From an uncultured Armatimonadia bacterium (GTDB taxonomy: Bacteria > Armatimonadota > Zipacnadia > CAVVLO01), in contig CAVVLO010000002.1 in the NCBI GenBank assembly GCA_963749155.1, positions 1,504,001 to 1,568,000 of the forward strand: a stretch of 64,000 bases of DNA, read 5' to 3'. This document shows positions 19,848-28,378 of this stretch, in pieces. The position numbers and the translations under genes were made by a program. The notes under the pieces were generated by a model that saw only the letters and a program-made list of their open reading frames with translations, made no database searches and was not told where the DNA came from. Numbering within the stretch: the first letter of the stretch is position 1; every line of letters starts with the position of its first letter.

Positions 19848-20544
19848 TTGTCATTGCCATCCTCGTGCTACTGGCCGGCACGGTCTACAGCCTGGCCGGG
19901 GGCGCGAGGGAGAAGCGCGCGCCAGTCGCAGTGCCTCGGCAACCTGGGGCAGATCGGCGCTGCGGCGCTGCTCTACAAGGCGGACTGGGACGGCCATCTG
20001 CCGGTCCAACTGGAGGCGCTCTTTCCCCAGTATGTCGCCTCGGAGTCGGTCTTCCTCTGCCCCAGCGATGCCGCGCCAGAGGGCTGGCGAACCGAGCTCC
20101 AGGGACGTGCGAGGCGTCTACACTTCCTATACCCAGTTTTCAGATGAGCGTTTCTGTCTAGGGGAGGGTGTGGTGGTCCCACCGAGCTATCCGTATGAGC
20201 AGCTTGCTCTGGATTATGCCGTACAAGAGATCTCTCCGAGACTCCCGATCGCGACCTGTTGGTGCCACCTGCTGCCGGGGCGCTACTACAACCCGTATGA
20301 CCTGAAGCTCAGAGCTTTCCAGAGGGCGCTTTGCGTTGCGATACCTCCTCGGTGATGCCGCGAGTGGATCAGGACGGCAGTTGCCGGCTGATGCGGATCA
20401 GCGAGGAGCGCGAGTTCACTGCTGTCGTTGCGCTCTATGGCTGGGCGGGGATGGACTTGGTCGAGTTTAACGCGCTGAGTGCGAGAGAAGGCCAAGATCA
20501 CGGTCAAGCTTGACCGGAAGAACGATAAAGGCAAGACGCCGTAA
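19808..20544 (+). CDS. Prepilin-like protein F, recent duplicate of E (four apparent frameshifts; possible pseudogene)
   Basis: MRSKAD|LALVEWL; long near-identical DNA blocks shared with E; breaks at ~19916, ~20101, ~20333 and ~20478. Confidence 0.65.
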
Positions 20545-20566
20545 GGACTTGCGGCCCGCTGGCCTT

Positions 20567-20589
20567 TGCCCGGGAAGAGGGCTTCCTGC
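20567..20589 (+). repeat. 23-bp direct repeat, right boundary of cassette 2
   Basis: One mismatch to 17172-17194. Confidence 0.75.
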
Positions 20590-20634
20590 CCGAGTGGCTT
20601 GCGCTTCTCGTGATTGCAGCTTAGACTGCCTGTT

Positions 20635-21450
20635 ATGGAAGCAGCCCAGGAGCAACCTCGCGCGCAGACTACTGGCAGCCAGTGGGCGATACTGGCGACA
20701 GTTGGATACGGAGTTTACAGCCTGCTGGCGGGTCAGCTCGCGCCGGCGCCGGTCGTCGGCGGATTGCTCTACAATCCCGCAGCCTCGATTGTCACCCTGA
20801 TGCTGGTGCTGATTGGCTTCTCCTTCTGGCGGACGTCGTGGGGACTTGAGATCGGCCTCACCCTGGCGGCGACTGCGCTGGTGGTGCTTGCGTCGGTTAA
20901 AGGAGCGCCTCCAGCCGGCGATGCGGCACTGGTGGTAGCCGCGGCCAGTTTCGGCAAGCTGCTCGCGCGGCTCTTCCGCGAACCCAACATCATACTGCCG
21001 GCCGTGATGGTTGCGGCGACAGTTGACCTCCTCAGCGTCTACTTCGGCCCGACCGGGCATATCGTGAGGCATATGCCCGGCCTGCTTGCGGCAGGCACGA
21101 CGATGGCAGGGCAGGCAGGGGCCACAATTGGCTCCGGGGCGGGGAAGATCGTCCTCTCGCCGGTCAATGTTGGCGCGGGCGACCTCGTGTTTATGGGGAT
21201 GTTCCTGGGGGTTGCGATACGCCTGTCACTCGACGTCCCAGCGACGGTGCTGGCCTTGTTCCTGGCCGCCTCGACAGGTATAATCCTGGCGGCGGTGCAG
21301 CCAATCCCGATACCTGGACTGGTGCTCATCGGCAGCGCGGCGCTCATCGCCAATCGCAGTTTTATCAAGCTCTCTGGAGAAGAGAAGCGTTCCGTGATGG
21401 TGCTTGGGATTGTGCTCGCACTCCTTCTAGCCTGGGCCCTGCTGCGCTAA
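20635..21450 (+). CDS. Membrane protein with GxGD intramembrane aspartyl protease motifs (presenilin/SPP-like)
   Basis: Multiple TMs; TVDLLSV (first Asp), NVGAGDLVF and PIPGL (PAL-like) occur in presenilin order. Confidence 0.6.
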   Translation: MEAAQEQPRAQTTGSQWAILATVGYGVYSLLAGQLAPAPVVGGLLYNPAASIVTLMLVLIGFSFWRTSWGLEIGLTLAATALVVLASVKGAPPAGDAALVVAAASFGKLLARLFREPNIILPAVMVAATVDLLSVYFGPTGHIVRHMPGLLAAGTTMAGQAGATIGSGAGKIVLSPVNVGAGDLVFMGMFLGVAIRLSLDVPATVLALFLAASTGIILAAVQPIPIPGLVLIGSAALIANRSFIKLSGEEKRSVMVLGIVLALLLAWALLR

Positions 21451-21518
21451 AGGCGCCAGGGCTCCGCCTCAGGCTGAATCAGTTTTTCCCGGTGGGTTTT
21501 TCGTTGGAGGGATAGCTC

Positions 21519-24009
21519 GTGGATGACCGGTATGAGCCGCAAATTATAGAACCCAAATGGCAGCAGCGCTGGCAAGAGTGGGGCCTGTTCCGCGTGGGCG
21601 AGGAAGTGCCCGTCGAGAGCAAGTTCTACTACCTGGATATGTTCCCCTATCCCAGCGGCAAGATGCATATGGGCCATGTGCGCAACTACATCATCGGCGA
21701 TGTGGTCGCGCGTTATCATCGGATGAAGGGCCAAAATGTGCTGCATCCGATGGGCTGGGATGCCTTCGGATTGCCCGCGGAGAACGCGGCTATCAAGCAC
21801 AATACTCATCCCTCGGACTGGACGCGCCAGTGCATCACCGAGATGCGCGCGCAGTTCAACCGGCTGGGCATCAGCTTCGACTGGGAGCGCGAGGTAACGA
21901 CCTGCGAGCCGGACTACTACAAGTGGACGGAGTGGATGTTCGTCCAGTTTTTCAAGGCTGGCCTGGCTTACAAGAAAGAAGCGCCGGTCAACTGGTGTCC
22001 CGACTGCCAGACCGTGCTCGCCAACGAGCAGGTCGTGGGCGGGGCTTGCGAGCGGTGCGATGCCGTCGTCGAGAAGAAGAACCTTTCGCAGTGGTTCTTC
22101 AAGATAACCGATTACGCCGACAGGCTGCTGGCCGACCTGGCCAAACTTGCCGACTGGCCCGAGCGCGTGAAAGTGATGCAAGAGGCCTGGATTGGGCGCA
22201 GCACGGGCGTCGAGATCCTTTTCCGCCTCGCCGAGACAGGCGAGGAGCTGCCTGTCTTCACCACCCGGGTGGATACCATCTTCGGCGCCACCTATGTGGT
22301 GCTGGCAGTAGAACATCCCTGGGCTGACCGACTGGTTACGGCGGACCGCAAGTCAGAGGCGGAAGCCTTTACCAACGACGTGAAAGCCCAGACCGACTTC
22401 GAGCGCGTCGCAAGCGACAAGGACAAGCGCGGCTTCTTCACCGGCAGCTATGCCATCAATCCGGTGAACGGCGAAGAGATACCGATCTACCTGGCCGATT
22501 ATGTGTTGATGGAATATGGCACCGGCGCAATTATGGCGGTGCCCACCCACGATGAGCGAGACTTCGTCTTTGCGCGCAAGTATGGGCTGCCGCTGCGAGT
22601 GGTCATCCAGCCTGAGTGCGAAGTGCTGGATCCCTCCTCGATGGAAGGCGCTTACACCGGCGAGGGGCTGCAGATCAACTCCGGTCAGTTCGATGGGCTC
22701 TCCAACGAACAGGGCAAGGTCCAAATCGCCGACTGGATGGAAGCCGAAGGCATCGGGCGACGCAAAGTAAACTATCGCCTGCGCGACTGGTGTATCTCTC
22801 GCCAGCGCTATTGGGGCGCGCCAATCCCCATTATCTACTGTGACAAATGTGGCACTGTGCCAGTGCCGGAGGAGCAGCTTCCTGTTGTGCTGCCGCGCGA
22901 TGTGGCCTTCACCGGGGAAGGAGGCTCGCCTCTTGCGAAAGTGGAGAGCTTCGTAAACACCACCTGCCCGACCTGTGGCGGCCCGGCGAAGCGCGAGACC
23001 GACACGATGGACACCTTCGTGTGCAGCTCGTGGTACTTCCTGCGTTATGCCGACCCCAAAAACACCGAAGCGGCTTTCGATCGCGCCAAAGTGGATTACT
23101 GGCTGCCCGTAGACCAGTACGTCGGCGGCATCGAGCATGCGACGATGCACCTGCTTGTATGCGCGTTTCTTCACGAAGGTGCTGCACGATTTGGGGTATC
23201 TCGGTTTCGATGAGCCTTTCACCCGGCTGTATACCCAGGGGATGATCTACAAGGACGGCGCCAAGATGTCCAAGTCGAAGGGCAACGTGGTGACGCCCGA
23301 GGTCATCCAGGACAGATATGGCGCTGATACGGGCCGGATGTATATCCTGTTCGTGGGGCCGGCCGACCAGGACGCCGAGTGGAACGACAAGGGCGTAGAA
23401 GGCATCGCCCGGTTCCTCAGGCGGCTGTGGCGCACCTATAGTCTGCATGTGGGCAAGTTCGACAAAGACTGGTCAGGCAAACTGGCAGGGGCTGAAGTCT
23501 CCGAAGGCGCGCTGGCGGTCAGGCGCAAGCTGCATCAGACGCTGGCCAAAGTGAACGATGACATCCAGAGCTTCCACTTCAACACCTCGGTGGCGGCGCA
23601 GATGGAATTGTTGAATGTGCTTCAGCCCTGGGCCGATGGACTCACCGAGCCGACTGAAGTTGACCTGGCGGTGCTTTCCGAGGCGCTTGAGCAGTTCGCA
23701 CGGTTGCTGTCGGTGTTCGTGCCGCACCTGGCGGACGAGTTGTGGGAGACTCTTGGCTTCGAAGGCAGCCTGCTCGAGCAGGCCTTCCCGATGGCTGATC
23801 CGGCCCTTCTGGTACTGGACACGGTCGAGGTGCCAGTTCAGATAAATGGCAAGGTGCGCGGCGTGGTAACCGTGCCTGCTGGCGCCAGCGCCGAGGAGAT
23901 GCAGGCCATCGCTCTGGCGGACGAGAAACTGAAGGACCGGTTCGAAGGCGTGACCATCGTCAAGGCCTTCGCGAAGCCCGGCCAGATGGTGAGTTTCGTT
24001 GTGAAGTAA
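21519..24009 (+). CDS. leuS: Leucine--tRNA ligase (+1 indel near 23157)
   Basis: [19 protein letters not shown] editing domain, [26 protein letters not shown] and KMSKSKGN. Confidence 0.98.
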
Positions 24010-24036
24010 GGTCACAGATTGATTTCTGGAGCTTCC

Positions 24037-24072
24037 AGGCCTCTTCCGGCGACCCGGGGGAGGCTTGTTTTT
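24037..24072 (+). terminator. Intrinsic terminator after leuS
   Basis: GCCTCTTCCGG...CCGGGGGAGGC stem followed by TTGTTTTTT. Confidence 0.65.
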
Positions 24073-24096
24073 TCGGGCAGTGGTACACTGGATATT

Positions 24097-25053
24097 ATGA
24101 GCGACCATCATCATCAGGAGTCTGCTGAAACTGCAACCTGGGACGCGATCAGCCTGGACCGCCGACTGGTCTTCAGCATATTGCTCAACGCGCTCATCGT
24201 CGTCGTCCAGTTGATTGGCGGTATGCTTTCGGGCAGCCTGGCGCTGCTGTCAGATGCCGTCCACAACGCGAGCGATGTCGCGGCGCTGACTGCTGCTCTC
24301 ATAGCGCGCAGGCTGTCGCGCAGACCTCCCACTCCAAGCCATACTTACGGGCTGCGCCGGATTGAGCTTGTCGTTGCGCTTGCCAATGGGGCGACACTGC
24401 TCGTGGCCAGCACCCTGATAGTGCGCGAGGCGGTTCGGCGTTTCGCCGCGCCCGAGCCGGTGCGGGCAGATATGATGCTTTTTGTCGCGGCGATCGGCCT
24501 GGTGGCAAATCTGGTCTCCGTGCTGCTGCTGCGCGGCCACGGGCACAGCGACCTAAATATGCGGGCTGCTTTCCTCCACCTGCTTCAGGATACGGGTAGT
24601 TCGCTGGTAGTCGTGCTGGCAGCGGTACTGGTGCTGTCAGGCTGGGAAGGCGCGTTGCTGGCTGACCCGATCGCCTCCCTTGTGGTCGCAGTCGCGGTGT
24701 TGTTTAGTGGCTGGCAGCTGTTGAAGGCTACTCTCAACGTGCTGCTCGAAGCGACTCCACCTGGGATGGACCTCGAGGAGCTGCAGCGTCAGTTCGAGGC
24801 GGCCTTCCCCGATATGACCTTGCATCATCTGCATGTCTGGCAGGTCGTACCAGGACGGATTTATCTCACAAGCCATGTGCGCCTCTCTGACAGGTCGCTT
24901 GCCGAGGCTGAGACGGCTTGTCAGGCAGCCGCTGAATGGCTCGAACACGAGTGGGGAATCGCCCATGCTACCCTCCAGCCCGAGGTCGAGGTTTGTGAGG
25001 ATGACTCGCTAATCAGAGGCAGTGACAAACCCAAACCTTCCCCTCCTGATTAA
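24097..25053 (+). CDS. Cation diffusion facilitator (CzcD/ZitB-like)
   Basis: SLALLSDAVHNASD, HTYGLRRIE, NMRAAFLHLLQD, HHLHVW and HATLQPE. Confidence 0.93.
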   Translation: MSDHHHQESAETATWDAISLDRRLVFSILLNALIVVVQLIGGMLSGSLALLSDAVHNASDVAALTAALIARRLSRRPPTPSHTYGLRRIELVVALANGATLLVASTLIVREAVRRFAAPEPVRADMMLFVAAIGLVANLVSVLLLRGHGHSDLNMRAAFLHLLQDTGSSLVVVLAAVLVLSGWEGALLADPIASLVVAVAVLFSGWQLLKATLNVLLEATPPGMDLEELQRQFEAAFPDMTLHHLHVWQVVPGRIYLTSHVRLSDRSLAEAETACQAAAEWLEHEWGIAHATLQPEVEVCEDDSLIRGSDKPKPSPPD

Positions 25054-25159
25054 GCCCGCAAGGTCGTTCTGCCATCTTCCACCCTCCAGCGTTATTCGGG
25101 AATCTCCTTCTCAAGACCAGCTCGGCGCCAGAATCAACCCTCACCTTCCCAAACTGGCA

Positions 25160-25185
25160 GGGGTGTGGGGGCACTGCCCCCTCGC
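25160..25185 (+). repeat. GC-rich palindromic REP-like element
   Basis: GGGGTGTGGGGGCACTGCCCCCTCGC, related to 16009-16035. Confidence 0.4.
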
Positions 25186-25271
25186 AGTTCCTGGGCTTGA
25201 GCGTTTCTGAACCGTAAATTCTTGGTAAATAGTCAGGTAATTCTGCTCCAGCTTGCTCCAAACTCGCCACT

Positions 25272-25288
25272 TTGGCACGTTTCTTGCC
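25272..25288 (+). promoter_or_regulatory. Sigma54 (-24/-12) promoter consensus
   Basis: TTGGCACGTTTCTTGC matches TGGCAC-N5-TTGC in an intergenic region. Confidence 0.6.
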
Positions 25289-25498
25289 TTATGGAAACCC
25301 CGGGTGGGAGGGGGTTTGGGATGGGATTTGGGGGGTTTTGGAAAAGCGAGACTCTCCAGACCAACTTCGGTAACCTGGGATTTACAACGCTTGGCTAGCA
25401 CCAGATTTACTTCCAGGCCCTCGGGGAAGAAGAGCCAAAAGGCCAGTGTCAGGAATCTCAAAGCCACTTGGGATTTCTGGATTGTAAGCCAGGGCTTG

Positions 25499-25525
25499 AC
25501 AGGAGAAACCTGCCGGAGGCCGAAT
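25499..25525 (+). promoter_or_regulatory. SigH-like promoter upstream of the GH127-like gene
   Basis: ACAGGA-N16-CGAAT, 20 nt before the ATG. Confidence 0.55.
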
Positions 25526-25544
25526 AGAGCAGGCGTTCGCCAAT

Positions 25545-27323
25545 ATGCCTCTGGAGGCGCCCGAAATGGCCGAGAGATTCCGCCTGGAGCGTTTTGCCCG
25601 TCGCAATGCCAACTACCTCGAACAGATGGTCGATTCTCACGGCCTGCCCTACTTCAACACCTTCTGGACCGACCCAGCCGAGTGTGTCCATGACTGGCCC
25701 GACTACGGCGACGTCAACAGCCGCCAACTCGAAGCCGCCGTTATGTCGCGTTATATGACAGGCGTGCCTGTTCGGAGCGAGCCGACAATGCGCGCGACCG
25801 CCAGGCAGTATCTCAAGCTGGGCGGTGATGGGCTGCTTTGGCGGCCGGAGACCCCCTATACGCGCCTGGGCGCCGACCTCGGCGACAACACGATGACCCT
25901 CGGCGCCTTCACAGCCCTCACACAAGATGAGCCCGGCAGCGAGTGGCGCGGCATCGGGCAGGCCTTGGTCGATCGTCTCTGGGAGCTGGCCACCAAACGC
26001 GACGATTATGCCTTCTTCTCCGGTAACTACTGGTCGCCCGAAGGCTGGACCAGCCACGGCGATCAGCCTGGCGGCTACTGGGAGTTCTTCTTCGTGCAGC
26101 CGCTGCTCAACTGGGCCGAGGCGACAGGGAGCGAAGTGGCGATTGACCTGGGCCGGCGTCTCGCAATCGCGAGCCTTGAGCATACCACCAGCTTCTCGCC
26201 TGAGGGCCGCTTCGTCGGTCATGTGCACGGTCATCTGCGCGGACTGGCGGGGTTCGCTCATCTGGGACTGCTGGACAACCGGCCCGAGTTGCTGCAGATT
26301 GCGGCCAACGGGATAGACTTCATAAACCGCCAGAGCACCAATTTCGGCTTCGTACCGGAGCTTTCGGAGCGCAAAGACGACCTTATCGGCTGCGAGACCT
26401 GCATCCTGATGGATTATCTCGACACGATGATAATCCTCGGGCTGAACGGTTATCCCCAGTACTTCGAACTGGTCGAACGCACGGTGCGTAACCATCTGGC
26501 CGAGAGCCAGGCCACCGACTTGTCCTGGCTGGTAGAGGATAACAACCGCGAGGATACCGACCAGATAACCTGGCGCAATCTGCGGAGCCGGCTTTCCGGT
26601 TGTTACGCGGGTTGGAGCTCGCCCAACCATATCCTCGCCTATCGCGAAGATTTGCCCTTCACCTGGACGAAGCATATCGACCAGCATCCAATCTACATCG
26701 GCAAGACGCGCGCTTTCCAGCACTGCTGCGGCGGGTCGGGCACCAAGGCCTTCTACGAGGCGTGGCTTGCAATCGCTACCTTCGAGGAGGGGCTGCTCTC
26801 GGTCAACCTGCATTTCGATCGTGAGACGCCCGAGGCCAGCATCCGGTGTGACAAGCCTTACAAGGGCGAGACCCGGGTGACGCTGAAGCAGGCCTGTTCA
26901 GTAAGGTTGCGCCTGCCCGAGTGCGCAAGCGAAGTCAGCCTGACTGTCGAGGGCGAGCCTGCCAACTGGCATCGAGAAGGCCTCTGGGCGGTGCTCGAAG
27001 GCCAACTACCCGCCGGGGCGCGTATCGTGATGAGCCATCCTCTGCCCGCAAAGACCGAAACCATCTTCATCGGCAATGAAGGCTTCAAGCAATATGAATA
27101 CGAAGTGACCTGGAAGGGCGATACGGTGGTGGCCTGCCTCGGCAAGACCGAGCACAAGCGCGGCTACACCGCCCTGATGGACGCCGAGGTCGAGCTTTTT
27201 TATGGAGAGGACGGCCCAGGGCCACTCTACCAGCGGCAGGAAGTCGTCGAGACTTCCGAAGCACCGGCTTCCGACCCGCTGCCTTTTGTCGAGACCAGCC
27301 CTGTCAAGCTTTACTGGAGGTAA
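25545..27323 (+). CDS. GH127/GH146-like glycoside hydrolase (Zn-Cys type)
   Basis: GCETC and FQHCC match the ETC and CC zinc ligands of GH127; C-terminal PY.GE...LRLPE beta domain. Confidence 0.65.
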   Translation: MPLEAPEMAERFRLERFARRNANYLEQMVDSHGLPYFNTFWTDPAECVHDWPDYGDVNSRQLEAAVMSRYMTGVPVRSEPTMRATARQYLKLGGDGLLWRPETPYTRLGADLGDNTMTLGAFTALTQDEPGSEWRGIGQALVDRLWELATKRDDYAFFSGNYWSPEGWTSHGDQPGGYWEFFFVQPLLNWAEATGSEVAIDLGRRLAIASLEHTTSFSPEGRFVGHVHGHLRGLAGFAHLGLLDNRPELLQIAANGIDFINRQSTNFGFVPELSERKDDLIGCETCILMDYLDTMIILGLNGYPQYFELVERTVRNHLAESQATDLSWLVEDNNREDTDQITWRNLRSRLSGCYAGWSSPNHILAYREDLPFTWTKHIDQHPIYIGKTRAFQHCCGGSGTKAFYEAWLAIATFEEGLLSVNLHFDRETPEASIRCDKPYKGETRVTLKQACSVRLRLPECASEVSLTVEGEPANWHREGLWAVLEGQLPAGARIVMSHPLPAKTETIFIGNEGFKQYEYEVTWKGDTVVACLGKTEHKRGYTALMDAEVELFYGEDGPGPLYQRQEVVETSEAPASDPLPFVETSPVKLYWR

Positions 27324-27327
27324 CAAG

Positions 27328-28128
27328 ATGACTGACAAGCAAGTTACCAGAGAAAGTTTCCTCAAGAACGGCCTGCTGGCCGTATTCGGGCTGGTGGCGG
27401 GCGCACAGCTTGTGGCTTCGGCCGCTGAAGAGCCGGCAGCCAATCCGCAGGACTATCCCAAGCCGGAGGACCTGGTGCCCTTCCGTTTTGTGCAGGGCGC
27501 ACCTGATATTCCGCCGCTGGATACACCAATCATCTGGGCGCGCGAGCAGCTTAATCCCCAGTTCTGCACCCATGAGCTGCTGTCACTGGTGATGGAAGAG
27601 CGCCATGAAAACAGTTTTCCCTGGGTGCAGTATAACCAGCTCACCACCAGCCACACTGGCGGTGATGCGGTGGTGTTCTATTCGCGCCTCCACAAAGAAG
27701 GGCCTGGCTGGTCCTGCGGCAACCACAGCGAGGTGTTCTCCACCAACTGGGGCGTCGGCATCGGGGTGAACATCGAGGTCAGCAACAATTACGAGGGCGA
27801 CGAGGGCTTTAATGGTATCTATGGCGCAGTCATCCAGGGCTTCGGCAAGCGCCAGCCCAAGTCGGGAGTGCTGATTACTGGCGAGCTTGGGTTCGTCAAC
27901 GGCATCGAGCTGGACGCAAAGCATGGCACTGGTATCAACCTGGACTGCGAGACTGACGTCGGCATCAATCTGCATGACAACCGGCTGCGTCTGAATGAAG
28001 GCGCCTGGCTGGACCTCGACGCCGAAGGGCAGGTCCGGCTGCGCTATTTCGAGGGCAATCTCGAGTTCTGGAACGGCGAAGCTCGCGTCGCGCATCTGCC
28101 AATGGCCGGCGAAGATCACGCCCTGTAG
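27328..28128 (+). CDS. Exported hypothetical protein with a Tat-like leader
   Basis: GGAGG RBS; TRESFLK followed by a hydrophobic core and ASA cleavage site. Confidence 0.7.
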   Translation: MTDKQVTRESFLKNGLLAVFGLVAGAQLVASAAEEPAANPQDYPKPEDLVPFRFVQGAPDIPPLDTPIIWAREQLNPQFCTHELLSLVMEERHENSFPWVQYNQLTTSHTGGDAVVFYSRLHKEGPGWSCGNHSEVFSTNWGVGIGVNIEVSNNYEGDEGFNGIYGAVIQGFGKRQPKSGVLITGELGFVNGIELDAKHGTGINLDCETDVGINLHDNRLRLNEGAWLDLDAEGQVRLRYFEGNLEFWNGEARVAHLPMAGEDHAL

Positions 28129-28138
28129 GAGGCCCCTT

Positions 28139-28357
28139 ATGGAAGAAAAACAGCTTTCAGCAGCCCAGATCGACTTCTTGCGCAAGCTCTACTCGGAGTT
28201 CTCGGCGGCTCAGAAAGCCCTCAACGAGTTCACCCGGTATCTGCTTGAGGAACATGGCCTGACTGGTGAACAAGCCAGATGGCAACTGGCCCCGAGTCTC
28301 GACCGGTTTGTGATGCTGCCCGACCAGTCAGCCGAGGAGGATCCAACACCTTTCTAA
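28139..28357 (+). CDS. Small hypothetical helical protein
   Basis: AGGAGG RBS, 72 aa, in-operon position. Confidence 0.6.
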   Translation: MEEKQLSAAQIDFLRKLYSEFSAAQKALNEFTRYLLEEHGLTGEQARWQLAPSLDRFVMLPDQSAEEDPTPF

Positions 28358-28378
28358 TAGTCTCCTGGAGGTCCAAAG

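Noticed and set aside
13509..20544. Diversity-generating retroelement acting on the pilin repeats
   Set aside because: No reverse transcriptase in the window, and paralog differences are not adenine-specific
21450..21518. T-box leader for leuS
   Set aside because: Only 68 nt intergenic and no T-box consensus
25458..26813. Long antisense ORFs (also 36648-38003, 22353-23222, 52758-53696)
   Set aside because: Shadow ORFs of high-GC coding strands with no motifs or RBS
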